From Acidimicrobiaceae bacterium (lineage in GTDB: Bacteria > Actinomycetota > Acidimicrobiia > Acidimicrobiales > RAAP-2), in the NCBI GenBank assembly GCA_003138815.1, contig PLHD01000021.1, forward strand, positions 49,316 through 113,315: a DNA stretch of 64,000 nucleotides. Reading direction: 5' to 3'. Below, piece by piece: positions 36,667-46,407 of this stretch. Positions within the stretch are counted from its first letter, which is position 1. Each line of letters opens with the position of its first letter. The position numbers and the translations under genes were made by a program. Below the pieces are notes generated by a model that saw only the letters and a program-made list of their open reading frames with translations, was not told the DNA's origin and searched no databases.

Positions 36667-37217
36667 TGAGCGACCAAGAGCAGTACGAAGAGCGGACCAT
36701 CAAGGTCAATCGCGTGTCCAAGGTCGTGAAGGGTGGACGTCGTTTCTCGTTCACCGCGCTCATGGTCATCGGCGATGGCAACGGCAAGGTCGGCCTCGGT
36801 TACGGCAAGGCCAAGGAAGCCGGACTCGCCGTGCAGAAGGGCATCGAAGAGGCGCGCAAGAACCTCTTCGACGTGCCCCTCGCCGGCACGACCATCGTCT
36901 ACCCGGTGCTCGGCGCCTCGGGTGCCGGACGCGTGCTGATGAAGCCCGCGGCCCCCGGTACCGGCGTCATCGCCGGCGGAGCCGCTCGCGCCATCCTCGA
37001 GATGGCCGGCGTCAAGGACATCATCGCCAAGTCGCTCGGCTCGTCCAACGGCATCAACGTCGCTCACGCCACCATCCAGGGACTGAAGCAGCTGCGTCGT
37101 CCCGAGGACATCGCGGCGCTGCGCGACAAGCCGGCCGACCACGTCATCCCCTCAGGCACACTGCGCGCGTACCGCGAGCGCCAGCGTGAGGGCGACCTGT
37201 TTAAGACGGAGGGCTAG
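36666..37217 (+). CDS. rpsE: 30S ribosomal protein S5
   Basis: [40 protein letters not shown]. Confidence 0.96.
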   Translation: MSDQEQYEERTIKVNRVSKVVKGGRRFSFTALMVIGDGNGKVGLGYGKAKEAGLAVQKGIEEARKNLFDVPLAGTTIVYPVLGASGAGRVLMKPAAPGTGVIAGGAARAILEMAGVKDIIAKSLGSSNGINVAHATIQGLKQLRRPEDIAALRDKPADHVIPSGTLRAYRERQREGDLFKTEG

Positions 37218-37219
37218 TC

Positions 37220-37402
37220 ATGGCTCAGCTGAAAGTCACCCAGATCCGCTCGGCCATCGCGACCAAGCCCAAGCACCGCGGCACGCTGCGCGCGCTCGGG
37301 CTGCGCGGGATCGGCCAGTCCAACGTCCTGCCTGACCGTCCCGAGATCCACGGGATGATCGCCCGCGTGCCACACCTGATCAAAGTAGAAGAGGTCAACT
37401 AA
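37220..37402 (+). CDS. rpmD: 50S ribosomal protein L30
   Basis: 60 aa; LKVTQIRSAIATKPKHRGTLRALGLRGIG. Confidence 0.93.
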   Translation: MAQLKVTQIRSAIATKPKHRGTLRALGLRGIGQSNVLPDRPEIHGMIARVPHLIKVEEVN

Positions 37403-37887
37403 TGAAGCTGCACGATCTCAAGTCTCCCGAGGGCTCGACCCACCGAAAGAAGATCGTCGGGCGCGGCATCGGCGGCAAGGGCGGCAAGACCGCCGGCCGT
37501 GGCACCAAGGGCCAGAAGGCTCGCCGTTCGATCCCCGCCGGCTTCGAGGGTGGACAGCTGCCGCTGCTGCAGCGCATTCCGAAGCTGAAGGGCTTCACCA
37601 ACCCGTTCCGCGTGGAGTACACGCCCGTGAACCTCGACGCCCTCGTGGCGCTGGGCGCGAGCGACGTGACGTTCGACGTGTTCGTGGCGAACGGGCTGTG
37701 CGCCAAGAAGGATCTCGTGAAGATCCTCGGCCGCGGCACGCTGTCGACGCCGATGAACGTCTCGGCCCACGGCTTCTCGGCGTCGGCCAAGGCCGCCATC
37801 GAGGCCGCTGGCGGCACGACGACCGAGCTGGCCAAGCCGTTCGCCGTCCGTCCTCCTGCGTCGGGCAACCAGCACCAGAACCGCTAG
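37402..37887 (+). CDS. rplO: 50S ribosomal protein L15
   Basis: MKLHDLKSPEGSTHRKKIVGRGIGGKGGKTAGRGTKGQKAR. Confidence 0.96.
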   Translation: MKLHDLKSPEGSTHRKKIVGRGIGGKGGKTAGRGTKGQKARRSIPAGFEGGQLPLLQRIPKLKGFTNPFRVEYTPVNLDALVALGASDVTFDVFVANGLCAKKDLVKILGRGTLSTPMNVSAHGFSASAKAAIEAAGGTTTELAKPFAVRPPASGNQHQNR

Positions 37888-37896
37888 GGTCGCACG

Positions 37897-39186
37897 GTGT
37901 TCAAGCGACTCGCGAACATCTTTCGTGTACCGGACCTTCGCAACAAGGTCCTGTTCACGATCGCCATCATCTGCCTCTACCAGCTAGGGGCGAACCTGCC
38001 CATCCCCGGCGTGAGCTGGTCGCAGGTCCAGCTGCTCCAGTCCAAGGCCGGCGCCAGCGGCGTGCTCGGATTCCTCAACCTCTTCTCGGGCGGCGCGCTG
38101 ACCCGTCTGGCCGTCTTCGGCCTGGGTGTCATGCCCTACATCACCAGCTCGATCGTGATCCAGCTGCTGACGACCGTGATCCCCAAGCTCACCGAGTGGC
38201 GCGACCAGGGTGCCGTTGGCCAGAAGAAGATCACCCAGACCACCCGCTACTTGACGATCGGCCTGGCGCTGCTGCAGTCGACGGGCCTCATCTACGCCTT
38301 CCACGGCCACGACGAGGCGCTGCTGGGCTTCAACATCGACCTCATCCCCAAGTTCAACCTCTGGCTCGGCCTGTTCATGGTGGCCATCATGACCGCCGGC
38401 ACGGCCTTCGTCATGTGGCTCGCCGAGCTGATCACCCAGCGCGGTATCGGCCAGGGCATGAGCCTCCTGATCTTCGCCAACGTCGTGGCGGGCCTGCCCT
38501 CGGGCGGCCACGCGGTGTGGAGCGAGGGCGGACCGGTGAAGTTCCTCATCATCCTGGTCATCTCCCTGGCGCTGCTGGTGCTGATCGTCTTCATGGACAA
38601 CGGGCAGCGGCGAATACCCGTCACCTTCGCGCGGCGCGTCGTCGGGCGCAAGGAGATGGGCGGCAACTCCACGTACATCCCGCTCAAGGTCAACCAGTCC
38701 GGGGTTATCCCGATCATCTTCGCCTCCTCGGTGCTCTACATCCCGGTCCTGATGTCCAACATCGTGCCGTGGACCGGATTCCAGAACTTCGTGAACTCCT
38801 CGCTGCACCCGACGAGCTTCTTCTACATCGCCTCGGACTTCGTCTTGATCGTCGCGTTCACGTTCTTCTACGTCTACATCGCCTTCGAGCCGCACCAGCA
38901 GGCCGAGATGCTTCGCCAGCAGGGCGGCTTCGTGCCGGGCATCCGCCCGGGCATGCCGACCGAGAAGTACTTCTCCAAGATGCTGAGCCGCCTGACCGTC
39001 GTGGGAGCCTTCTTCCTCGCCTCGGTGGCCGTGGTGCCGAGCATCCTGATGGCGCTGTGGAACATCAACCGGTTCCCGTACTACGGCACCACGCTGCTGA
39101 TCGCCGTAGGCGTGTCCCTGCAGACCATGCAGCAGATCGACAGCCAGCTCATGATGCGCAACTACGAAGGCTTCCTGAAAAGGTAG
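37897..39186 (+). CDS. secY: preprotein translocase subunit SecY
   Basis: 429-aa ORF with 10 TM helices; GVMPYITSSIVIQLLT and GVIPIIFASSVL. Confidence 0.96.
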   Translation: MFKRLANIFRVPDLRNKVLFTIAIICLYQLGANLPIPGVSWSQVQLLQSKAGASGVLGFLNLFSGGALTRLAVFGLGVMPYITSSIVIQLLTTVIPKLTEWRDQGAVGQKKITQTTRYLTIGLALLQSTGLIYAFHGHDEALLGFNIDLIPKFNLWLGLFMVAIMTAGTAFVMWLAELITQRGIGQGMSLLIFANVVAGLPSGGHAVWSEGGPVKFLIILVISLALLVLIVFMDNGQRRIPVTFARRVVGRKEMGGNSTYIPLKVNQSGVIPIIFASSVLYIPVLMSNIVPWTGFQNFVNSSLHPTSFFYIASDFVLIVAFTFFYVYIAFEPHQQAEMLRQQGGFVPGIRPGMPTEKYFSKMLSRLTVVGAFFLASVAVVPSILMALWNINRFPYYGTTLLIAVGVSLQTMQQIDSQLMMRNYEGFLKR

Positions 39187-39188
39187 CC

Positions 39189-39848
39189 ATGCCAGCACGC
39201 CTCAACCTCGTCATTCTGGGCAAGCAGGGGGCGGGCAAGGGCACGCAGTGCAAGCGCCTGGCGAGCATCTACGCCTTACCTCACGTCTCGACCGGCGACA
39301 TCCTCCGCGCGGCCGTGAAGGCCGGCACGCCGCTCGGCCGCGAGGTCGCGTCGGTGCTCGAGGCGGGCGCGCTCGTCTCGGACGACCTGGTCATCAAGCT
39401 GGTCGAGGAACGCCTCGAAGAGCCCGACGCCCGCAAGGGCGCGCTGCTCGACGGCTTCCCGCGCACCCTGGCCCAGGCCGAGGCGCTCGAACGGCTCCTC
39501 GGCGGCGACGGCATCAAGCTCTGCATCGACCTCGAGGTGCCGACCGGGCTCGTGACCGAGCGGCTCTCGTCGCGGCGCGTCTGCCAGGAGTGCGGCGCCA
39601 TCTACCGCGACAGCGACATCGAGGCGATCTCGGGGACCTGCGAGAAGTGCGGCGGCGACGTGATCCAGCGCGCCGACGACCGGCCCGAAGCCATCCGCCA
39701 GCGCCTCGAAGCCTACGAGCGCGACACCGAGCCGCTGCTGGCGTTCTACGAGTCCCGGGGGCTGCTGGCCAGCGTGAATGGCGACCAGAGCCCCGACGAC
39801 GTCACCGACGCAATCCAGGCCGCCGTGAGCGCCCGGGGTCTGGCGTGA
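39189..39848 (+). CDS. adk: adenylate kinase (zinc-lid type)
   Basis: MPARLNLVILGKQGAGKGTQCKRL P-loop; lid CQECG...CEKCG. Trimmed from track ORF 37698-39848. Confidence 0.95.
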   Translation: MPARLNLVILGKQGAGKGTQCKRLASIYALPHVSTGDILRAAVKAGTPLGREVASVLEAGALVSDDLVIKLVEERLEEPDARKGALLDGFPRTLAQAEALERLLGGDGIKLCIDLEVPTGLVTERLSSRRVCQECGAIYRDSDIEAISGTCEKCGGDVIQRADDRPEAIRQRLEAYERDTEPLLAFYESRGLLASVNGDQSPDDVTDAIQAAVSARGLA

Positions 39849-40585
39849 GGCGCTCGCGCGAAGAGCTGGACAAGATGCGCAAGGCCGGCAAGGTCGTCGC
39901 CGAGATGCACGAGGCGACGCGCGCCGCGATTCGCCCGGGCGTGACGACCATGCAGCTCAACGAGGTCGCCGAGGAGGTGCTCGCCAAGCGCGGCGCCCGC
40001 TCGAACTTCCTGAACTACCACGGCTTCCCCGCGGTGATCTGCACGAGCCCCAACGACATGATCGTCCACGGCATCCCGGGCGACTACCGGCTCGTGGAAG
40101 GCGACATCATCTCCATCGACTGCGGCGCGATCGTCGAGGGCTACCACGGCGACGCGGCCTACACCGCGGGGGTCGGCGAGATCAGCGACGTCGCGCGGCG
40201 ACTCATCGAGGTGACCGAACGGTCCATGTGGGCCGGGATCGACCAGCTCGTGATCGGCCACCGTCTCCACGAGGTGGGTCGCGCGGTCCAGAAGGTGGCC
40301 GAGGCCGCGGGCTTCTCGGTCGTGCGCGAGTACGTGGGCCACGCCATCGGCACCGAGATGCACGAGAGCCCCCAGGTGCCCAACTACTGGCCGGGCACCC
40401 CGGGACCGACCCTCAAGGAGGGCATGGTCTTCGCCATCGAGCCCATGGTGAACGTCGGCTCCTACGACACGTACGTGCTCGAGGACGGCTGGGGCGTCAT
40501 GACCCAGGACGGCCAGCTGTCGGCGCATTTCGAGCACACCATCGCCGTGACCGCCGACGGCCCCGAGGTCTTCACCGTCGCCTAG
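39845..40585 (+). CDS. map: type I methionine aminopeptidase
   Basis: GTGA overlap with adk; metal ligands in DIISIDCGAIVEGYHGDAAYT, GHAIGTEMHE and FAIEPM..FEHTIAVT. Confidence 0.95.
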   Translation: MRRSREELDKMRKAGKVVAEMHEATRAAIRPGVTTMQLNEVAEEVLAKRGARSNFLNYHGFPAVICTSPNDMIVHGIPGDYRLVEGDIISIDCGAIVEGYHGDAAYTAGVGEISDVARRLIEVTERSMWAGIDQLVIGHRLHEVGRAVQKVAEAAGFSVVREYVGHAIGTEMHESPQVPNYWPGTPGPTLKEGMVFAIEPMVNVGSYDTYVLEDGWGVMTQDGQLSAHFEHTIAVTADGPEVFTVA

Positions 40586-42243
40586 CGGTCCGCGCCCAGC
40601 ACCCGTGCGCCGACGACGCGCAGGCGGGTCGTGGCGTCCAGGCTGGGGAGGTCCTGGTGGGAGATCACCACGACGACACCGCCGCGCTGCTGGCGGCGGA
40701 CCTCGCGCATGAGCGCGTCAGCGTCGGATTCATCGAGGCCCTCGGTGGGCTCATCGAGCACCATCACGGGCCGCTGGGCGAGCAGCGCTCGCGCCACTCC
40801 GAGGCGCCGCCGCTCGCCGCCGCTCAGTCCGGTCGTGGCTCCGCCGAGCCGGGTGGCGAGCGCGTCGGGCAGCGTCGAGAGCAGCGGCCCCAGGCCGGCC
40901 GAACGCAGCGCGCCGAGGACCTCGTCGTCGCTGGCGCCGGGCCTGGCGAGACGGACGTTCTGGGCCAGTGTGGTGGCGAAGACGTGCGGATCGTCGCTGA
41001 CGTAGCCCACGCGAGTGCGGACCTGCTCGCCCGTGAGCGTGGCCAGGTCCACCCCACCCAGGGTCGCGCCGCCGGCGTCGGCCTCGATGAAGCGGGCGAG
41101 GAGATGGGCGAGGGTGGTCTTGCCCGATCCGCTGGGCCCGCTCAGCGCCACCACGTCGCTGGCGCGCCAGGCGGCGGTGACGTGCTCGAGCACGACGTGG
41201 CCGTCGCGGCTCAGGCCGACGTCGCTCAACGCGATGTCGCTTCCCGGCCCCAGCCTCGACGGGACCGCGGGGTCGTGCACCGGCCACGGCCGCGAGGTCA
41301 GGGCGTCGAGGCGCGCGACCGCGCTGAGTCCGCCGCGCACGCTCGCCAGCGAGCCCGAGGCCGCACCGACCAGTTCGAGGGCGCTGAGCGCCAGGAGGGT
41401 CGGCACCGCCAGCAGCGACGGGGAGAGGTCGTGGCGCCCGAGGGCCCGCTGGGTGTTGGCCACGACCGCCATCACCGTGAGGCCAGCGGTCAGGAGGTTG
41501 AGTCCGCTGAAGAGGGCGCCGCGACGCGCGACGCGCGCCACGGCGCGGTCGTAGGCGCGCTCGGCCTGCGCGCAGCGCTCGTGGAGCACGTGGCCGGCCC
41601 CGAGCCCGCGGTACTCGTCACCCGTTCGCGCGGCGTCGTCAAGGACGTGACGCAGCAGCTCGCGCGCGCGGTTGAGCTCGTCCTGGGGTCCCTGGCCGAC
41701 CCGCGCGGCCCCCAGCGGCAGGGCGACGCCGACCATCACGACGCCGGCCAGGAAGACGAGCGCCGTCGCCGGCGCGATGAAGCCCCCGACGGCGATCGCG
41801 CAGAGTCCCGCGATCAGGTTGGCGCTGAGCGGGCCTGCGACGGTGACGAGAAGGTCCTGGACCTTGTCGACGTCGCCGATCACCGTCTCGACGACGTCGG
41901 CGCCTCGTGCGCCGAGCCCGGCGGGGACCAGCGGCTCGAGGCGGCTGGCCGTGAGCGCGCGGACCCGGGTCATGACCCGAAGCGCCCCTTGGTGGGTCGT
42001 GACGCGTTCGGCGTAGCGTCCGGCGGCCTTGCCCAGCGCCAGCAGCTGCACCACGCCCATCAGCAACGTGAGGCTCAGGATCGGCGGACGCTGGGCGCTT
42101 CTCACGATGAGCCACCCCGCGGTGCCCGACAGCGCCACGGTGGCCAGGCTCACGGCCACGCTGGCGCTCAGCGCCAGCGCCACGCCTCGCTGCTCGAGAC
42201 GCAGCGACTCGCGCAAGGGCGACGAGGGGTGGGCCCTAGACAC
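40582..42243 (-). CDS. cydC: thiol reductant ABC exporter subunit CydC
   Basis: 553 aa from GTG 42243 (8-nt overlap with the cydD stop); 6-TM domain plus NBD with Walker A GPSGSGKTT and signature LSGGERRR. The track ORF runs on to 42642 antisense into cydD. Confidence 0.88.
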   Translation of the reverse strand: MSRAHPSSPLRESLRLEQRGVALALSASVAVSLATVALSGTAGWLIVRSAQRPPILSLTLLMGVVQLLALGKAAGRYAERVTTHQGALRVMTRVRALTASRLEPLVPAGLGARGADVVETVIGDVDKVQDLLVTVAGPLSANLIAGLCAIAVGGFIAPATALVFLAGVVMVGVALPLGAARVGQGPQDELNRARELLRHVLDDAARTGDEYRGLGAGHVLHERCAQAERAYDRAVARVARRGALFSGLNLLTAGLTVMAVVANTQRALGRHDLSPSLLAVPTLLALSALELVGAASGSLASVRGGLSAVARLDALTSRPWPVHDPAVPSRLGPGSDIALSDVGLSRDGHVVLEHVTAAWRASDVVALSGPSGSGKTTLAHLLARFIEADAGGATLGGVDLATLTGEQVRTRVGYVSDDPHVFATTLAQNVRLARPGASDDEVLGALRSAGLGPLLSTLPDALATRLGGATTGLSGGERRRLGVARALLAQRPVMVLDEPTEGLDESDADALMREVRRQQRGGVVVVISHQDLPSLDATTRLRVVGARVLGADR

Positions 42244-43849
42244 CGAATCGCTCCGGGGCCGCCAGCTGCCAGGCGCCGTCGACCTCGAGGCGACGGTGCG
42301 TCGCGATGATCGTGGTGACGGCGCGCCTGCGCACGGCCGCCATGGCCAGGGTCGCGTTCGCCTCGTCGAGGTGAGCGGTGGGCTCGTCGAGCAGCAGGAC
42401 GGTCGCGGGTCGCAGCAGCGTGCGCGCGAGCGCGAGGCGCCGCCGCTGGCCGGCCGACAGCCCCTCGGCTCCTTCGCCCAGCGCCCGGTCCAGGTCGAGG
42501 CGCAGGTCGAGCTCCTCGAGGGCGGCGCGCAGCCGGGCGTCGTCGTAGGCCTCGCCCATGGTGAGCGCCTCGCGCACCGTGGCGCCCGCGAAGAGCGGAT
42601 CCTGGGGCAACCAGGCGCAGGTGGCGTGCCAGGACTCGGCATCGATGTCCGAAAGGGGAGTTCCGTCGACGAGAATCACGCCCTGGTCCAGCGGGTCGAG
42701 TCCCGCGAGGGCGCGCAGCAGCGTCGACTTGCCCACGCCCGAGGGACCCTCGAGGGCGACGATGGCCCCGGGATCGAGTTCTGCGCTGAGCGAGCGCAGC
42801 GTGTGATGGTCGCGTCCGCTCACGGTGACGCGTACGTCGCGCAGTTCGAGCCGTGGCGGCGTCGCGGGTGCGGGCTCGCCGTCGCCCACGCTGGGCGCGG
42901 CGTCGAGCAGGTCGAGAATCGCGCCCGCGGCCCCCACGGCGTCGCTCGAGGCGTGGAATCGGGCCGCGGCCCGGCGCAGCGGGACGTAGACCTCGGGGGT
43001 CACCAGCAGCACGGCCAGCGCCGTGGTGAGGCGCATGCGGCCGTCGATGAGGCGGATGCCCAACACGAGCGCCACGAGCGCGGTGGCGAGCGACGAGAGC
43101 AACTCGAGCGCGAAGCCCGAGAGAAAGGCGACCCGCAGCGTCTGGAGCGTGCTGAGTCGGAGTTCGTCGCCGACGTCGCCGAGGGTGCTGGTCACGGCCA
43201 CCGATCGGTTATGGGCCTTCAAGGTCGCGAGCCCGCGCACCACGTCGCCGAAGTAGTTCGCGAGCTCCTGCTGCTTCGTCCACGAGCGTTCCATGCGTTC
43301 CTTGGCCTCGAGACCGAGCAGGATCATGAACACGGGCAGCAACGCGATCGTGGCCGTGACGATCAGGGCGCTCCAGGGGTCGGTGAAGGCCATCCACGCG
43401 AGCAGCGCGACCGGCGCGCCGACGCTCAACACGAGTGCGGGAACGTAGGTGGCGAGATAGGTCTCGATGGCGTCGACGCCGCGGGTGGCGAGCTGCACGA
43501 AGGCGTCGGGAGCGTCACGGTGGCCGGGGCGCAGCGTGGCATCCAGTGCCCTGGCGCGCAGCGTGTGGCGCACCGGACGCGCGAGCCGTGACGTCAGCGG
43601 CTCGCTGAGCAGGGCAACGATCGCCCGGCACACCGCGAGCAGCACCAGGGCAACGAGATCGCCCCGGAGCGGCGTGCGGGCGTCACGGAAGAGGCCCCCG
43701 AGGGCGTTCGCCAGTACGACGGCCTGGGCGATGGTGAGCAGGACGTTGAAGACGCCGAGGGCCACCGCCGCGGCCAGGGAGCCGCGCACCAGCGGCGTGG
43801 CGCGCCAGAGCCGGCCCAGTAGCGCGCCTGGGCTGTCGCGTCGAGCCAA
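42236..43849 (-). CDS. cydD: thiol reductant ABC exporter subunit CydD
   Basis: 537-aa ORF with TTG start; Walker A GPSGVGKST and signature LSAGQRRRLALAR; downstream of cydAB. Confidence 0.88.
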   Translation of the reverse strand: MARRDSPGALLGRLWRATPLVRGSLAAAVALGVFNVLLTIAQAVVLANALGGLFRDARTPLRGDLVALVLLAVCRAIVALLSEPLTSRLARPVRHTLRARALDATLRPGHRDAPDAFVQLATRGVDAIETYLATYVPALVLSVGAPVALLAWMAFTDPWSALIVTATIALLPVFMILLGLEAKERMERSWTKQQELANYFGDVVRGLATLKAHNRSVAVTSTLGDVGDELRLSTLQTLRVAFLSGFALELLSSLATALVALVLGIRLIDGRMRLTTALAVLLVTPEVYVPLRRAAARFHASSDAVGAAGAILDLLDAAPSVGDGEPAPATPPRLELRDVRVTVSGRDHHTLRSLSAELDPGAIVALEGPSGVGKSTLLRALAGLDPLDQGVILVDGTPLSDIDAESWHATCAWLPQDPLFAGATVREALTMGEAYDDARLRAALEELDLRLDLDRALGEGAEGLSAGQRRRLALARTLLRPATVLLLDEPTAHLDEANATLAMAAVRRRAVTTIIATHRRLEVDGAWQLAAPERFGV

Positions 43850-43858
43850 GTGCCGGTA

Positions 43859-44920
43859 CTACGAACCCACGTCGGACGTGAGTTGCGTGGGGTCGGTGCG
43901 TCGGACGCGCTTGCGGAAGATCCAGTACGTCCAGCTCTGGTACACGAGCACGAAGGGCGTGAAGATCAGCGCCACGATGGTCATGACCTTGAGGGTGTAG
44001 TGCTGCGAGGCGGTCTGGGACAGGGTCAGGCTGAACCGAGGGCTCACCGAAGAGACCAGCACGCGCGGATAGAGGTTCAAGAACAGCGTGGTGAAGAAGA
44101 TCACGATCACGAGCGCCGTCGTGACGAAGGCCCAGCCCTCGAGACGGTCACGCATCAGCCATCCGACGCCCGCCAGCATGACCAGGCCGAGGATGGGCAG
44201 GAACGGGGGGACCAGGCCACTGTGGTGGGTCGTGTGCGCGGTCGTGTAGGTCCACGCGAGGAACGCGAACGTCAGGACCAGCGTGAGTGGCGCGAGGAGC
44301 ACGCCCGAGCGGCGGGCCCGATCGCGAACCTCGCCGTCGGCCTTCAGACCGAGGAACGTCGCGCCGTGCAGCGTGAACAGCGAGAGGGTCGTGAGGCCCC
44401 CGAGCAGCGCGTAGGGCTTGACGAGGTCGAAGAAGTTCCCGGTCCAGGTGGCGTTGGCCAGCAGCGGCACGCCGTGCACGAAGTCGGCGAAGGCCACGCC
44501 CCAGAGCAGGGCCGGCAAGGCCGAACCCCAGAAGATGGCGAGGTCCCACCAGCGCCGCCACGACACCGTGTCCTTCTTCGAGCGCATCTCGAAGGCCATG
44601 CCGCGAAAGATGAGCGCGGCCAGCAGGACGAAGAGCGCGAGGTAGAAGCCGCTGAAGACCGTCGAGTACCAGAGCGGGAAGGCCGCGAAGGTCGCCCCGC
44701 CCGCGGTGATCAGCCAGACCTCGTTGCCGTCCCAGACCGGCCCGATGGTGTTGATCATCACGCGCCGATCCATGTCGTCCTTGGCCAGGAACGGCATCAG
44801 GACGCCGACGCCGAAGTCGAAGCCCTCGAGGAAGAAGTAGCCCAGCCAGAGCACCGCGATGGTGACGAACCAGAACTGCTGGAGACCGCTGGGCGATGTT
44901 GCAGCTAGAACGTGTGGCAC
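43859..44920 (-). CDS. cydB: cytochrome bd ubiquinol oxidase subunit II
   Basis: 353-aa ORF with GTG start after GGAGA; FFLEGFDFGVGVLMPFL and WDGNEVWLI. Confidence 0.93.
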   Translation of the reverse strand: MPHVLAATSPSGLQQFWFVTIAVLWLGYFFLEGFDFGVGVLMPFLAKDDMDRRVMINTIGPVWDGNEVWLITAGGATFAAFPLWYSTVFSGFYLALFVLLAALIFRGMAFEMRSKKDTVSWRRWWDLAIFWGSALPALLWGVAFADFVHGVPLLANATWTGNFFDLVKPYALLGGLTTLSLFTLHGATFLGLKADGEVRDRARRSGVLLAPLTLVLTFAFLAWTYTTAHTTHHSGLVPPFLPILGLVMLAGVGWLMRDRLEGWAFVTTALVIVIFFTTLFLNLYPRVLVSSVSPRFSLTLSQTASQHYTLKVMTIVALIFTPFVLVYQSWTYWIFRKRVRRTDPTQLTSDVGS

Positions 44921-44929
44921 GGGATTCTC

Positions 44930-46324
44930 CTAGTAGACGAGTTCGAGTGGTTTTTCGTCATCGTGTTCCGACAGCTCCTCGGGCGCCTTGCGGGCGACCT
45001 TGATCATCAGGCCGATTTCGATGAAGGCCAGGAAGCTGTAGATGGCCGTGTAGCCGATGAGGCTGGTCGCCAAGTAGCCGACCGAGATGTGCGAGACCGC
45101 CTGGCTGGTCTTCAAGAGCCCGTACACGACCCAAGGCTGGCGGCCCTCCTCGGTGAAGATCCAGCCGAAGCTATTCGCGAGGAAGGGCGCGAGAAGCATG
45201 AGACTGGCGAAGCGCAGGAACCACGACGATCTGTCGAGGCGCTTCTTGCGCATCAGCCACAGGCCTAGGGCGCCCAGTGCGATCATCAGCAGGCCGAGTC
45301 CGACCATGAGGCGGAATGTCCAGTAGGTCACCCAGAGGACGGGTATGTAGTTTCCGGGACCGTACTTCTTCACGTCGGCCGCCTGGAGCTGCTTGACGCC
45401 CTTGACCTGTCCGTTCAGCGAGTTGTCCGCGATGATGCTGAGCAGGTGGGGGACGCGGATCTGGAAGAGCGGATTGCCGGTCAGGTCGCCGATGGTCAAC
45501 AGCGAGAAGCTCGCGCCGTTCGCGGTGTTGTACATCGCTTCGGCGGCCGCCATCTTCATGGGCTGCTGGGTGTCCATCTGGCGGGCCTGGGTGTCGCCCA
45601 TGAAGCACGTGCCCAGCGCGGCGAGCAAGGTGACGACGATGGCGACCTTGGCGACCTTGATGAATGCGTCCTTCTGCTGGCCACGACGGATGTGCCACGC
45701 CGCGATGGCGAGCATGAAGACCGAGCCGGTCAGCAGGGCGGCGAAGACCACGTGGAAGTAGGCGCCGAAGAACGTGGCGTTCGTGATGACCGCCCAGAAG
45801 TTGGTCATCACGGCCTGCCCGGTCGCCTTGTCGATCGCGAATCCGACGGGGTGCTGCATCCACGAGTTCGCCGCGAGGATGAAGACGGCCGAAAGCAGCG
45901 TTCCGATGCTCGCCAGCCATATCGATGCGAGGTGGACCCGGGCGCTCACCCGGCCGCGACCGAAGATCCACACGCCCAGGAACACCGACTCCATGAAGAA
46001 GGCCAGGAGGCCTTCGATGGCCAGTGGGGCCCCGAAGATGTTGCCGACGAAGGTCGAGTAGCTCGACCACGACATGCCGAACTGGAACTCCTGGACGATG
46101 CCGGTGACGACCCCGATGGCGAAGTTGATCAGGAACAGCTTGCCGAAGAAGCGAGCCATCCGGTCGTAGTGCTCGTCCTTCGTCCGGTACGCGGCGGTCT
46201 GGAGGCACGCCACCAGGAAGCCGAGGCCGATCGTGAGCGGCACGAAGAGAAAATGGAAGACAGTCGTGACGCCGAACTGCCATCGCGCCAACGTCAGTGT
46301 GGTGATGCCCGCAAGAATGTCCAT
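44930..46324 (-). CDS. cydA: cytochrome bd ubiquinol oxidase subunit I
   Basis: 464-aa ORF; LARWQFGVTTVFHFLFVPLTIGL and EEGRQPWVVYGLLKT. Confidence 0.95.
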   Translation of the reverse strand: MDILAGITTLTLARWQFGVTTVFHFLFVPLTIGLGFLVACLQTAAYRTKDEHYDRMARFFGKLFLINFAIGVVTGIVQEFQFGMSWSSYSTFVGNIFGAPLAIEGLLAFFMESVFLGVWIFGRGRVSARVHLASIWLASIGTLLSAVFILAANSWMQHPVGFAIDKATGQAVMTNFWAVITNATFFGAYFHVVFAALLTGSVFMLAIAAWHIRRGQQKDAFIKVAKVAIVVTLLAALGTCFMGDTQARQMDTQQPMKMAAAEAMYNTANGASFSLLTIGDLTGNPLFQIRVPHLLSIIADNSLNGQVKGVKQLQAADVKKYGPGNYIPVLWVTYWTFRLMVGLGLLMIALGALGLWLMRKKRLDRSSWFLRFASLMLLAPFLANSFGWIFTEEGRQPWVVYGLLKTSQAVSHISVGYLATSLIGYTAIYSFLAFIEIGLMIKVARKAPEELSEHDDEKPLELVY

Positions 46325-46330
46325 GCTTCG

Positions 46331-46336
46331 AAACTA
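46331..46336 (-). promoter_or_regulatory. candidate -10 hexamer TAGTTT for leaderless cydA
   Basis: Minus strand reads TAGTTT-cgaagc-ATG: 6-nt spacing to the start codon, with no Shine-Dalgarno. Confidence 0.35.
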
Positions 46337-46357
46337 CGAGCGACGCTGCGCAGAAAG

Positions 46358-46377
46358 TTAGGGAAATAAGTCCCTAT
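46358..46377 (-). promoter_or_regulatory. DevR/DosR-type binding-site candidate
   Basis: Minus strand ATAGGGACTTATTTCCCTAA matches 15/20 positions of TTSGGGACTWWAGTCCCSAA, with both GGG/CCC cores intact. Confidence 0.45.
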
Positions 46378-46407
46378 TCAAATCTCGATTTTTAATCTGC
46401 TTTCCCG

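Noticed and set aside
40228-46369. Plus-strand ORFs of 300-690 aa across the cyd locus (40228-42309, 42029-43591, 43850-44908, 45446-46369)
   Set aside because: They are antisense to cydC, cydD, cydB and cydA, whose products carry Walker, signature and heme-copper-independent oxidase motifs. The plus-strand products are Arg/Gly/Glu/His-rich junk.
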